A stretch of DNA of 63,095 nt, counting the filler, from Stramenopiles sp. TOSAG23-3 (taxonomy: Eukaryota), in NCBI GenBank assembly GCA_900128585.1. It is 9 parts of 9 records of this genome, joined end to end, with 100 filler letters (N's around TTAATTAATTAA, not from the genome) between each part and the next. Parts side by side here need not be neighbours in the genome. Positions count along the whole stretch, not along the records: positions 22,410 to 33,491 come from LT642762.1; positions 33,592 to 44,666 come from LT642763.1; 7 more parts are not named here. The stretch is one strand, 5' to 3'. This document shows, one piece after another, positions 32,401 through 43,300 of the stretch. A program made the translations under genes and the position numbers. The notes under the pieces were generated by a model. The model was not told the origin of the DNA. It saw only the letters and a program-made list of their open reading frames with translations, and did not search any database. Within the stretch, counting starts at the first letter, position 1. Each line of letters starts with the position of its first letter.

Positions 32401-33003
32401 TCGTATCATCCTTACAGCTCCCATCACCACCCGGTCGAAATAATACGGCCTGGGGGAAAAATACTAGATATCGCACCGGTGCAGGTGATGATGGTCAATT
32501 TATTGCGTCTAGGAATGGATGAGTGGCGGGAAAGCTTGCCATACCACTTTGAAGAACTGCAAGGCTCATTGGTGGACAATCTCTTGATGGATTACATGGA
32601 GGAATTTTTCATGAATGTCTCGGTACGGACAAGCGACAATGATCTTGAAGACACGTTCGAACGTATCTTTCAGTCAAAGAATCTCTCGAACAGCTACAGG
32701 AGCATTCGTGATTTAGTGTTCAAGTACCAGACTTCCCCAGCGTTGATTGCTGTCGAAGATTTGGAAGAAGACGCGATGGCAGACGGCCTGGAAAACCCGT
32801 CAATTTATGTCTGCGAGATGCATAGCATATCAGCGCGTTACGAAGTTGTGTACGCCCCTTCAGTTCAAAGTGAAGAAAACAACGACGACGAGCTAAGTCA
32901 TGGCAGCAGCTTTGCTGGTGACGACCAGCATCTTTTTATGGAACCAGCGAAACGGTATACGACCAGCAAGTCGCCTTTTTCTACCTTTTGCATCGTACAG
33001 TAA
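29473..33003 (+). CDS. Ankyrin-repeat protein with N-terminal CxxC...CxxC motif and uncharacterised C-terminal domain
   Basis: CDEC...CWTCH, a proline run, then many ankyrin-like units (DGLLPLHIA, QGRIAIHHA, NGNTPLHWA, RMPLHFA, DRTPLD). Confidence 0.88.
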   Translation: MKASRTYEQLLHDIANGDEEETPSTYTPLSHHIRDEKLARNAYLVKRGKESKCDECGINWAMPPEGVLDNSNSRKEKLCWTCHKKGMAPPPPAPPIPPPTKNIWKYVNEHYPEWVLAKAEQNKGEQIVALAKALKAREPLDVIEYIANRLPKGFPMQRNGDGLLPLHIALNARCEEPVIQFILSAYPEAAKDVAIDNTLPALHALRIGGIRIGIVRTLVNAATRNFVRSELTKLDREGKNFLQQFVTYQHAGRSQVELLVGLGGRELLRATDVQGRIAIHHACSGGQLVVIETLIRCDPEGLLVEDGRNGWVPLQFFICNSSKYDFLARECAFQALTELKKYATATTGHIDKRGRSSMHLAVESTAPADVIDGLMDFMPDFMLQDHNRRSVLHLALDRPKVGAEFTERLIRRCPRAASLQTEHGFTPLRTLLHYEPGESELDWSENERFTLMCRLLKADNGAGASVQDSFDQNAIPLHYVLKHPQKFPIRHALHLVKYGGLEIPDNFGDLALHVAVKMRADLKIIAEILDSHVEAAQTKSHLGLIPAQAGLRTNAGRKIIRLLLSAYMGDRDVVMTATREDVDWSLKRMVDMYPERSAVTDANGNTPLHWAIERHADESVIREMLQSHPSLNRKVGDRMLPPLHLCCFLPYSSYTLKHLRVLHACDRTQIKVDIGSRMPLHFASMSDQPVEVIDFLIDTFKWPVQIRDDSGRVPAYYAMKNKNAQVLNLLLSVYCGPDDLIKEVPLESLRYAAKFPCPFENDAVKQSIFHRLCFNDKHAHVMRLLAHYRPKLVLERDNEDRTPLDVCDDNDSVMTKNAIIEELERHNIRSADGKSLFKRISKDDRAVPKSTKLQLPIGKLKKEAHVLCFETLARTLVQQNSHLGATLDILNLRPSTKIVGAILKIMRLGGILPDSCPGLPLIIPTKFASYRTSKECLTAGIGFLQDGLKKIGPQGHFRVYFLCEDAFLNPEHCGQCSYHPYSSHHHPVEIIRPGGKILDIAPVQVMMVNLLRLGMDEWRESLPYHFEELQGSLVDNLLMDYMEEFFMNVSVRTSDNDLEDTFERIFQSKNLSNSYRSIRDLVFKYQTSPALIAVEDLEEDAMADGLENPSIYVCEMHSISARYEVVYAPSVQSEENNDDELSHGSSFAGDDQHLFMEPAKRYTTSKSPFSTFCIVQ

Positions 33004-33491
33004 CAGGCATTTAAAAAAAAAGGGAGGCTTCTTCCAATGGCGGGGGGGGTGAGTAGTGGTATTTAGGATTTTTAACACTTTGTGATTTATTATTTTTTAA
33101 TTATACATTAATACGATTACTTAAAAAGTGATAAATATTAAGTATGAATAAATCTTCCTTAATAATATATTTAAGTATTTAATTGACAAATCCAAATTCA
33201 AAATCAACGACTTATCTATTATAATATTATTATACGTATGGATATCTGAGTTATATGTATATCTTACCTTAATTATATTAGATAGGTCTCATTCTATTTT
33301 TTCTCATTTATTTTCTTGATTTCTTTCAGATTGATTTCATTTGAGATGAGATAAGAATCCAAATGGAAGAAATTGTGGTTCTTTGTACTTTGTGCGTGTG
33401 ATGAATGTAAATTATATTTCTATATTATTACCGTAGTCAGTTCAACAAGCCTGATCGAAGAACGCAAAAAGAACATCCAAAAAAAAAAGTC

Positions 33492-33591
33492 NNNNNNNNN
33501 NNNNNNNNNNNNNNNNNNNNNNNNNNNNNNNNNNNTTAATTAATTAANNNNNNNNNNNNNNNNNNNNNNNNNNNNNNNNNNNNNNNNNNNN
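33492..33591. other. Artificial contig linker
   Basis: N44-TTAATTAATTAA-N44. Confidence 0.98.
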
Positions 33592-33774
33592 AAAAAATTC
33601 TAATATTTTTGTTTAACGTAACACTCCTTGTACGTTTGGTTTTATTGGACAGTGCAAAAAAATCCAGAGGTAAAGGAGATAATTTTGTGTAATAATTCGG
33701 GTATCCGCTTTCCCACTATAGGTTGGTTTCTTAATTGAATTTTAGAAATTAGGGGGGAAATTGACTGCAGAAAG

Positions 33775-35286
33775 ATGGCCTTCAGGTCGCCGGAAGTTAT
33801 TGTGATAGACGATGTGTCTTCAGAGGAAGACTCTGCCGGTGCGGGGTTGAGTGTGACGGATGATTCGTTGGAGAGAACGCTATTGCACCAGTCTGTTGAT
33901 GAAAATGTCAATGAGGCATGCTTTATGACATCGCCCGGCGGGCTGTTATTCTTGGATGATGCGGAGTTGTATAGTTTTGCCTCCCAACCTGTCCCGGATG
34001 CGGTGTGCGGAGAGACGAGAAAGCCCACCAGAAATAGTAGAGGTGGGGACGAAGAAGCGGGCATGAAAATGTCCAAGCGCCCCAAATTATCTAGAAGTGA
34101 CAGCTCAAGTTCGACCTCAAGTCAACATGGTGTTAATGAAGGCAGTGCAATGGCCAGTAGTTCGTATACATCAAAACCGCTACAGGAACTGCCTGTACGC
34201 CACCGGTCACGAAAGAGCAACCAGCAGAAAAAAAGTGCAGCGCAAACTGCAAAGAACTACAGGAAAGCGGGGGCTGATGACACAAAACGTTTAAATGGTT
34301 TTTATAAGTACAAAGAGATAGAACTCTTTGTAGAGACATCATTGGCGAATACAGAAATCGGGGAGCTGATCGAAGAGACTGTACAACGGGATGACACGGG
34401 CGGGGCTCAGGCAAAACACGGGCACCTGCCCTTCACTGTACAGTCGGGAGCACACATAGTACCAAATTCAATTTGGTGGGTGCACAAGACCCCCCACGCT
34501 CGGCGCGTGTGGCCTTGGACCGTATTAATATTAAGCGGGCAAGATTTTTACCAGCGCATGTTAATAGATAAGAAGGATAAAAACTACCATCCGGGTGGAC
34601 TGGCCCACACCATTACCAAAGTAGAGGATTTCCAGAAATCATGGCGGGACGCATATCATGAGGAGCGAATGGCCAATGTGTCTTTCGGAGCAAACGAGCT
34701 CCATAAAAGGCCACGCTTTTTGCTGTTCGTCACCGACTGGAGCAAAACGCTCCTTGAGAAGCAGCTGGAACAGCCAAGAGGGAAACGAAAAAAGAAAAGG
34801 GGCGGAATCGATTCGTTTTCTGAGGCAGAGATAAAGCAAAACATTAATCATCTCCTAGTTCACAGGGATTGCGAAGTTATTTTCTTCAATTCAGACGAAG
34901 CGATGGCAAACCAAATCAAGTCAATGACCCGTTACTTTGCCGAAAAGGCCTACATAAAGGAAACGCACAGCTTAAACGTCGTTCCCAAAGCGAACTGTCC
35001 GCTAGATTACAGTGAAGAGGAGCATGGAGACCACAAAAAAGCTTGGTGCAGAATGCTAATGCAAGTTCCAGGCGTCGGGCCGGCAAAAGCAGTTGCACTT
35101 TGTCGCCATTATCCTACCATCAACAGCCTGTATGACAAGTACAACGACCTGCGACTGGAAGAAGAGGACAAGCTCAATTTACTTGCAAACAAAATGGGGG
35201 GAAGGGTTCGTCATGGCGCTCTTTCTGGAAGAATTTATCGCTTAATGACATCGGCGAATCCACAGCTGACAGTAGGGCCTGAGTAG
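33775..35286 (+). CDS. EME1: EME1/MMS4-like non-catalytic subunit of the MUS81 endonuclease
   Basis: Disordered N-terminus, ERCC4-like middle with no GDx(n)ERK catalytic motif, and tandem HhH tail AWCRMLMQVPGVGPAKAVALCRHYPTINSL...LLAN...GALSGRIYRLMTS. Confidence 0.8.
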   Translation: MAFRSPEVIVIDDVSSEEDSAGAGLSVTDDSLERTLLHQSVDENVNEACFMTSPGGLLFLDDAELYSFASQPVPDAVCGETRKPTRNSRGGDEEAGMKMSKRPKLSRSDSSSSTSSQHGVNEGSAMASSSYTSKPLQELPVRHRSRKSNQQKKSAAQTAKNYRKAGADDTKRLNGFYKYKEIELFVETSLANTEIGELIEETVQRDDTGGAQAKHGHLPFTVQSGAHIVPNSIWWVHKTPHARRVWPWTVLILSGQDFYQRMLIDKKDKNYHPGGLAHTITKVEDFQKSWRDAYHEERMANVSFGANELHKRPRFLLFVTDWSKTLLEKQLEQPRGKRKKKRGGIDSFSEAEIKQNINHLLVHRDCEVIFFNSDEAMANQIKSMTRYFAEKAYIKETHSLNVVPKANCPLDYSEEEHGDHKKAWCRMLMQVPGVGPAKAVALCRHYPTINSLYDKYNDLRLEEEDKLNLLANKMGGRVRHGALSGRIYRLMTSANPQLTVGPE

Positions 35287-35552
35287 GAAACATTCACGAG
35301 TCGTATCTACCCATTATGACGTTCAGAAAAAACTAAATTTACGAAGTACCACCAGGTAAAAATAAATAACTTTTAATTAAATTTAGCTTCCTCATACCCT
35401 AATCCTAACTTGATTCAGAAATTTTGTTTCGTTGTTGGTTGTCAATCAGCGAGGGGATGATCTCCAATTTTCTTAGTCTATTTATTAAAAATAATATTTT
35501 CTTTAAATTACGATTAATTGACATGTGTACACATGTGTGCGTAACTTAGCCT

Positions 35553-38500
35553 TTACAGCTCCTCGTCGTCAAACTCAAAGCAATGTCCCAACTGCTTGTT
35601 CAAAACCTCAAGGTTTCGGCATTTGGCTTGCAAATCTCGTAAGCTCCTACGCTTGCCTCCACTTGCATACTTCTTGCTAGCGTTGGCACTTCTTCGGGGT
35701 GAGACTCCGCCTTTCCGATTCGTGTAGCTCAGCTGTCCATTGGAGCTGGATTCTGCTTTTGCTTCCACAAGAATATGTTTTGCTTTTTTTCCGAAACCAA
35801 ATACATGCAACGACCCGTCCAAGTAACCGACGGTCACGCCCAAAGATCCCACTGACAACGACAACGCTGGTATTACCCGCGCTTGCGTAGAACCAGGGTG
35901 GCGCAAAGTTCGTAAACATCTACCTGCGTGTTTGCCCACAACTTCCCACAACTTTACGGTACCATCCATGCTTGCACTGGTCACTTTTGTTAAGTCTATT
36001 TTCAAAGCCGTTATGGCCCCTTCGTGCCCTTTCAGTACTTTTTTCCAGCCGCTGCTCTGTTTTGAAGCAGGGGCGTCCTGAAGTTCTAGTGCATTTGATT
36101 GTGGGAGCAAAGGCAGTTCCCACAGCTGGATGGTGCTATCATCTCTTCCAAAGGCAATCATTCTCACATATGGCCTTTGCCATGAAGCAGCAGCAATTGC
36201 ACGTACCGCGGACAGGGATCCGTACGCAAAACTGCCACGTACGTGAACGGAAACGTCCGGGTTGCCTTCACTACTGTCTGCGTGCCACACTACTACGCGC
36301 CCGTCCATAAATCCGGCGATGACCGTCGTCACGAAGCTGTTCGTGACCCGAGCAACAGTGGCTTTCATGGAGACAACAATCCGCCCCTTGTTTCCGGCCT
36401 GTTTCGTTTCTGACTTTACTGGGGCGGGCAGTGCGCAAACCATGTTTCCCTCAGAGGTGTTCCATAAAGTCACGTCGCCTACGGAATCACCACAAAAGAC
36501 ATACGAGTACGTGTTCGAAGTTATTTGGCAATCCACCGCTGCTAGGCAGGATGGTGCCCCTTTTAACCCATAAAGAGTGTGCAACTGTTTCCCAGACTTC
36601 CCGTCCCAAATTGACAGTGATGCAGTGCCAACTTGCCCATCCCCCGAGTGACCAAGTACAATTCGTCCATCAAACGTGAGTGCAACGCACTGAATGACCC
36701 AATGCTCCGCCCGAACCCACCTGGGCCGGCTTAGCACGCGGGGCATCACTATAGTGTTCATCATTTCGTTTTTATTCGCGACAGGTTGGACCGCCTCCTT
36801 CTCGGTCCCATCGTCCTCATTGGCTCCCCGTGACGACGAGTAACTCTTCACGGGTGCTGTAAACGTGACTACCTGGCTGTTTTGGAATACAGCAACAATT
36901 CGGGGCAGTATTTTGTTTCCATTTTCAGCCTTCGACAGTCGCTCCCTCGAAACAAACATTATTGGGCACTTCACCCCCACCGTTCCATCGCTAGCATTTG
37001 CTTGAGACTCGTGGTCGCTATTTCCCGCTTCACTTCCGCTACTGTTACTACCCTGGGACTGTTTTGACAACCTCTCTTCCATTTCTTCCCGAGACTTTCT
37101 AGCCCGGTCTTCCCTGGATTGCTGCCATGCATTTCGATGCTTTCGTTTCTTCCTGCCGCCCTTTTTCTTCCGCTTTCCAGCCGTAGGGGATTGCCCCCCT
37201 AGAACCAGAGAATCCATGGAAATCGAACGAATCAGCATGCCACCGTCGGGTCGATGAGCGAGCGAAGAGGGGCTCAGGGGTGGGGAGCTTGCGGGTGATG
37301 GGGATGACATGGCCCTCGTCAACACGGCAGGCTTCGAATGCTTCAGCATAGAGCACTCTATGGGACTGCTTCCTAGAAGCGAAAGCCCTTTGTGAGGGAT
37401 TTTGCTTTCTGGGCGGCATTTGTGGTTCTTTCCGCGCAAGATAGAGCTTGGCATTATAGATTTGATCGAGTAAGAATCGACCGATCCGGGTGAACGGGTA
37501 AAGGGGGGCTTGTCACTTATCACCCGCGCCAAGCCTGACATTTTTTTCGAGGATGCCGCTGCCTCCCGTTTCTTCATTGCTTCTTTGCTTTTCTGTTGTC
37601 GCTCAAGCTTGATCCGTTCTTTGGCTTTCATTTTTTCTTTCGCGCTTTGCTTCCGCGCAAGTTTCTTGTTTCTTTTCTCTTGTTTCTTCAGTTCCCTGGC
37701 CCGTTTTTTGGTGCTCATGCCCGCGAAGTTATTGCTTCCACCACAGTCTTGCGAACTTGTCAGAAATCCTGACAGGCCGCCGGGGGACGAACCAAAGCTT
37801 CCCACAGTAAAACCCACCCCGCCTGAATCTAAACTACTGCCCATCGAACTCTCGCTGGAATTACCATCTTCTGTATCTGTGTCAGATTCCAACAAAGCCA
37901 TGTTCTCGTTAAACCCCTTGATCTCGTTGACCGGGGAAGGCACGGGGTTGGAATATGACCTTTGCTCCTCCTGGGGAGAGGGTATCTTAATTGGTGTAGA
38001 CGATGGGGTGCCCAGTTCCCGTTTGGGAGTTTTTGGGCTCTTCAGGCCTAAATCTTTCCTGCCCAATTCCTCGCTAGCACCCGCTGTGGTAGAGACGGAA
38101 TCGCCCCAGATGTCGATTTCAACTTCTTCGTCCCTGCTTGACCAAGCAACCGTATCCTTCCCATCTCCTGAATTTCTGCGAAGCTTTTGCTCCGGGCTCG
38201 GGCCGGGCGCCGTTGGTCTGCTCTTTTCTGGCGCCTTGGGGGATGCAGCTTTGCTCCCAATTTTGAAATTTATCAATTTGTTTTTCCAGGCATGGCCCAA
38301 TGATCCTATTCGCTTTTCAAAACCAATTTGTTTGTCTTGGTAGACAAACGCATCCTTCGAGTCCAGAGACATGACACACTTTACACTCGTTAGGTCCCAA
38401 CTTTTTATCAGTCCATCTACACCCGCAGAAACTATATGATTGTCCCCCACGTGACGAACCGCTACGAGGGCGTGTGCATTTGATAATTTTCCTTTGTTTT

Positions 38501-39041
38501 GTCCAGCCCGTGAAGCAGGCTTCCCGCCGGGCTCAGCCCCCTTGCTTTCCGTGGGTGGCTCCTCGTTTATCAACTCCAGGGTCCCCATATGGCCCCGAAT
38601 CGCACTCAAGATTATTCGACGAGCATAAAGTTGGTAAAATGACAAATGGTGCCTCGGGCAGTTTGCACCGGGTGCCGGGGGCTTCGGTCGCTTCCACCGT
38701 TGGAGGTAGAGGCGTTCCCACAGGGCATCATTCAGCGCGAGGGAGGAAAGAAATTTACAAGTACTTCCAAGCAAGACAAGACTTTTAACGTTACAGAACG
38801 AGAGCAGGATGGCGTAAATGTCATCGGGCAGCTGTCCCACTTCTCCCGTGCCTACTCCTACTGCAGACACGCAAAGAGCCTGCTCCGGCAAATCTGGAGT
38901 CCACTGCTTTTTCTTGCTCGGCTTTTTCGATTTTCTGCGCGTCCCACGATCAACTCTACTGTTCATCATAGCGCGAGCCTGGTGCTCGTTCACTTCGCCA
39001 CTCAGGACCAAGCTCCGTAAGTCGTTCGTTAAATAATCCAT
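35553..39041 (-). CDS. F-box and WD40-repeat protein with long disordered insertion
   Basis: F-box LPDDIYAILLSFCNVKSLVLLGSTCK...LW. WD40 units VSAGVDGLIKSWD, LSIWD, DSTIQLWE, LKGHEGAITAL...SASMDGTVKLWE. Confidence 0.88.
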   Translation of the reverse strand: MDYLTNDLRSLVLSGEVNEHQARAMMNSRVDRGTRRKSKKPSKKKQWTPDLPEQALCVSAVGVGTGEVGQLPDDIYAILLSFCNVKSLVLLGSTCKFLSSLALNDALWERLYLQRWKRPKPPAPGANCPRHHLSFYQLYARRIILSAIRGHMGTLELINEEPPTESKGAEPGGKPASRAGQNKGKLSNAHALVAVRHVGDNHIVSAGVDGLIKSWDLTSVKCVMSLDSKDAFVYQDKQIGFEKRIGSLGHAWKNKLINFKIGSKAASPKAPEKSRPTAPGPSPEQKLRRNSGDGKDTVAWSSRDEEVEIDIWGDSVSTTAGASEELGRKDLGLKSPKTPKRELGTPSSTPIKIPSPQEEQRSYSNPVPSPVNEIKGFNENMALLESDTDTEDGNSSESSMGSSLDSGGVGFTVGSFGSSPGGLSGFLTSSQDCGGSNNFAGMSTKKRARELKKQEKRNKKLARKQSAKEKMKAKERIKLERQQKSKEAMKKREAAASSKKMSGLARVISDKPPFTRSPGSVDSYSIKSIMPSSILRGKNHKCRPESKIPHKGLSLLGSSPIECSMLKHSKPAVLTRAMSSPSPASSPPLSPSSLAHRPDGGMLIRSISMDSLVLGGQSPTAGKRKKKGGRKKRKHRNAWQQSREDRARKSREEMEERLSKQSQGSNSSGSEAGNSDHESQANASDGTVGVKCPIMFVSRERLSKAENGNKILPRIVAVFQNSQVVTFTAPVKSYSSSRGANEDDGTEKEAVQPVANKNEMMNTIVMPRVLSRPRWVRAEHWVIQCVALTFDGRIVLGHSGDGQVGTASLSIWDGKSGKQLHTLYGLKGAPSCLAAVDCQITSNTYSYVFCGDSVGDVTLWNTSEGNMVCALPAPVKSETKQAGNKGRIVVSMKATVARVTNSFVTTVIAGFMDGRVVVWHADSSEGNPDVSVHVRGSFAYGSLSAVRAIAAASWQRPYVRMIAFGRDDSTIQLWELPLLPQSNALELQDAPASKQSSGWKKVLKGHEGAITALKIDLTKVTSASMDGTVKLWEVVGKHAGRCLRTLRHPGSTQARVIPALSLSVGSLGVTVGYLDGSLHVFGFGKKAKHILVEAKAESSSNGQLSYTNRKGGVSPRRSANASKKYASGGKRRSLRDLQAKCRNLEVLNKQLGHCFEFDDEEL

Positions 39042-39215
39042 CCAATTCTTTAATTTCGTTCGTCAAAAGTTGCGCTTCAAACTGGATAGTTACGTCGTAA
39101 CTTTCTCCCTGTTGCAATTCCGCACCTTGTTCCAATTAATTACTTGCTAACCTTTTCATTTGAATGTTGTTTCCCCCGTAGTATTTGAAATCAACCCACG
39201 CACGCATATTAGTCG

Positions 39216-39320
39216 TAAGAAGAAGAGAAGAAGAGAGAGAAGAGAAGAAGAGAAGAAGAGAAGAAGAGAAGAAGAGAAGAAGAGAAGAAGAGAAGAAAGA
39301 GAAGAAGAGAAGAGGAAGAA
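39216..39320. repeat. Purine simple repeat (AAG/AGAG)
   Basis: Reiterated gaagagaagaagagaagaga. Confidence 0.88.
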
Positions 39321-40068
39321 CTTTCTTTTTTTTTTTGATTTTTTAATATAGGCTAATAATAACTAGACTAATAAGTACGGATACTTTTAAAAATAAAATA
39401 TAATAATTAGTTATGAAAGGAGGAAGGATGTCGAATAATGTCGAGTTTTAATTATTTTTTGTTGGTAAATTTTTTCATTTTGTTTTGGGAAGTTGGGCGG
39501 CGAAATTCGTAATCGAATTTTTGTATTGTATTTGGATGTTATTATTAATAATAAAAAATGTTATGAGGAGTCAATACGAAGTGTTTTATTTAATATATTG
39601 CTTTCTTTTTTGGAGGTAAAGAAATTTTAAAAAACTTAGTCGTTCTATTTTTAAAAAAACAAGACTCGTCGTACAACCATTGTTCTTTTTTTAGTGCTGT
39701 TTAATATAATGTTATATTAATTCGTAGTCTAATTAATATTTTAATAGAGACTACTAATAAAAAACGAAGATATAATGTACATTGAATAGCTGCAGTTCAT
39801 GGGTTGGATTGTTCTTTTTTATTATTATTCTATTGTCATTACAATAGACGAAGATGTTCTTTTCCTACCTGCTCTCTAATGGTACAGGTATAATACCGTA
39901 CAGCCTCTTCTGTACAAGGTCTGGAAGGTCGAATCGAAGCGTTGCATATTCCAAATACAAACTACCGGTATACAATTAATATAATACCTACCTTGGTACG
40001 AGTACTCGTCTAATAAAAAATGGAACAAAGACCTGCTGGTATTACCTCCTATTATTTAATTACCTCGT

Positions 40069-40158
40069 CACTAACCAACGAACTCCTCTTCTCCTCAGCT
40101 CTTAATTATAATATAATAATACCACTAACCAACGAACTCCTCTTCTCCTCAGCTCTTA
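40069..40158. repeat. Exact 36-bp direct repeat, two copies, 18-bp AT-rich spacer
   Basis: cactaaccaacgaactcctcttctcctcagctctta at 40069-40104 and 40123-40158. Confidence 0.92.
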
Positions 40159-40340
40159 TTAGCAGTGTCTTTTCTGTTTAATTATTGTCCCATGTCCCAT
40201 TGGAGAAACGTCCATTGTATGCATTTGAAGCAAAACTTGGATTTCTATAGCGAAAGAGTCGGTAAATTTATGCAGTATTGCCAAAGCGAAAGTGTCAGTA
40301 CTTAAGATTTGTACGCGTTTCTTCTTCCGAGTGCAGGGCC

Positions 40341-43300
40341 ATGAAAAGTCAAGAAAAAGAGGCCTCGGGGAAAGAGGTAGTGAAAGTATTCTCTAGCCAA
40401 CAATGGGACCGGAGGAAACTTTTTTCCTCTTTGTCCGAAAGCGGTGAAGGGTTTAGTGGGCTATGGTCGGGCGGCGACAAGCAATCTGGCGAGCGGCAGA
40501 AGCGTCACAGCGCTGTTCATGGTGACCCTAGTGTGTCAGAAAATTTTGTACGAAGCACGCTTTCACGAAAAGCTGCTTTCCAGGTGGCAAGGAAGAAGTT
40601 CGAAACCCTGTTCAGTGAGAGGGCCCCAATCATGACTTTGTCTGATACAGTTATAATGGCGACAATCGCGGGCAAAGCGTACCGTGCTAAGAAGGTAGAA
40701 ACTTCGAAACAAGTGAAGCTTACTCACGGCGTAAAGTATGGGCATATTAGACAAAGCCTTTTGGATAAATTGCTACTTTTGGCCCTCATGCAGCACGACA
40801 GTCCAGACAGGTGGGTCGACCTGGTAAAGAAAGTCATTCAGTGTGGGGCAGACGTCAATTGGAAAGCAGTCTACCATCACAACCGCACACCGCTGCACTT
40901 GGCATGCCATTCGGGCCATTATCTGTGTGCACGATATTTGATGGAGAGTGGGGCAATAGTTGATTCGAAAGACGCGGGCGGCAACACTCCGCTGCATCTA
41001 GCGTGTGGGCAAATAGCAGCGACTCCAAATGTCCATATAGTACGGTTGCTTTTGGACCATGGGGCGTCTGCTAGGGCGGATAATCTTCTTGGGCAGACCC
41101 CGCTGCACTTGGCGATGGCGTACCTTGCCAATGCAGACGTACAACACTTAGATTTAATTCAAAATCATACGAAAGCTCATAAACAGGACGGATCAGTCCT
41201 TTCATCTGCCCCGGTATACTGCCTGAAGGGTATTTGGGCAGACTATTACCTTAGCAGGGCAGTGGAAATGATTGATTTCATGGACACCAAAGTAGTAAAC
41301 CGAGCATTTTTGAAGAAGTTAGACGATTCGTACAAACACGAGGTTTGTCGCTTCCATTTCCAAGACTCGTATGTAGGAATTACTAACTCCGTGCCTACCA
41401 GGATTTTTTTGCAAAATCATCACTTGAAAAGTGGCGATTTGATCTACTTGGCAGGTGCCAAACGTACCTCTGACCTCGAAGATGGCGAATACGTCGTGTG
41501 CAATTGCACCAGGCATTGCATAACAATTTGCTACTCGAAAGAAGTCCTGCCAGATAACGACGATGTCTACGTCGACGGCGGGGTGATCATAACGTCGCCT
41601 TACGTCTCACTCCTGGCAGCGTATCAACGCGAACCCAAGCACTTCGATCTAGCCGAGTCCAAGAAGTTTTCAAAGGTTCAGATCGCCAATGTGGAATCTC
41701 AACAAGGTTATGGGACAGTTGTTGAGACCAATAAACCGCACGGTCTGAAACAGAATGAGTTGATAGTAATTGACGAAATTTCAGGGACAGACTACTACTT
41801 GAACAAAAAATTGTTTGTCGTCGCTTTAGTCGACGATTATGTGGTGAGATTGCGATGTCCCGTCGACACGTACTTGTCGCAGTATCGAGATGGAGAAGGA
41901 CGATCCGTAATTAGGAAGAGCGACAAGAAAGTTTTTAATGTGGCCTCGTTGGATTTGGACTGCTTTCTAGAAGCACTTACGGACGAAGACAGGCTCATTA
42001 TTCTAACTCATGTGCTGGACAACATGTACATGATTCAAAATAATATAGTCCAGACACTGTTAAATCAGCATAGCTTTGATCAACAAGTTGAAGAGCTGAT
42101 GAGACAAGATGAATTTGGAAAACCGGCGTTTCCGATTGAGCTGCAAAAAAATTGGCTGCGCAAGAACAGAAAATTATTAGACCATATATACGATCACCCC
42201 TTGGAGTTAGGCTACGACAGTGAAATTTTTCAAGAGCCGAGAACTTTCATTTCGATCAAATCTAAGTGGCAACGGAAACTTTTGGGGAAAAGCCTGATAA
42301 ACCTGATACTGTTTTTAATCTTTGGGCTGCTGTTCTTTTTTGTTGCAAGTTTGAGGTTGAACTTTTTGCGCTATGACGTTAGCGCGTTTGAGAGCAGCAT
42401 TCAAACCAGTTTTCTCCTAGAGGAGTATAACAAAAACAACAACGAGGCCTACATGGACGTGGAAAAGCCGGTGGACTGGCTCGAGTGGCTTGACCAAGTT
42501 GCCAAGCCTGCGATGTTCGACAGCGATGTAACGACGCTCGACCCAAACAACCCTTCGAACGCGACAAACGTTGACCTAACGGAGGAGACGCTGCGTGCTG
42601 GAACCGCCTACCACATAAATAATCCTCGCCTAGTGTTCCGATTTTCAAAGGGAATGAGATGTTCAGATAATGTTGTAGACTTTTTCAAAATGGGGGTGGC
42701 CGAAAGCTATATGTCAAGTGCGGATGTTTGTATGAACAATCTGCCGTCCATAGCGCCGTACAAAGACGACCGTATCGACCTGGGGTTTCATAATGTCAGC
42801 TTGGTTTCTGAGCTTAAGGCAGACCCCGCGGTTGTCGCCGGTTCCAAAAAGGGCGGGTTGTACTCGTATGACATCACAAACATAATCCCGTTCAGTGATG
42901 ACGATTACGGATACACCATCTCCTTGCCCTCCAATAAGACTGAGCGGCACCTTATATTCGACGCTCTGGCAAAAAGCCCAGTTTTGAAAAGCAGAAACTT
43001 GAGGTCAATGGCTTTGATTCTTCTAGTGGGTAACCCAAGTATAACTGCGCTCAGTGATTGCGTGTTCGTGGCAGAAAATAGCGTGTCGGGGCAATTTGTC
43101 CCATACTACAGGTTTCGAACGTACGTACTAAACTTGGGAACAGATGGCAACAGTAGAATGTTGTTCATTTTGCAAATACTATTGTACTGCTGCTTTGCAT
43201 TTCGAATAGTTCTCTACACTATCAACCGCATCAACTGGGCAAAACACACAAAAAATCGTTTACCGTTTCTTTCCCAAAAGTTTAAAACCGTAAAGACCGT

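Noticed and set aside
40069..40158. 36-bp direct repeats as a mini CRISPR array
   Set aside because: Only two copies, an 18-bp low-complexity spacer, no palindrome, no cas genes, and a eukaryotic context.
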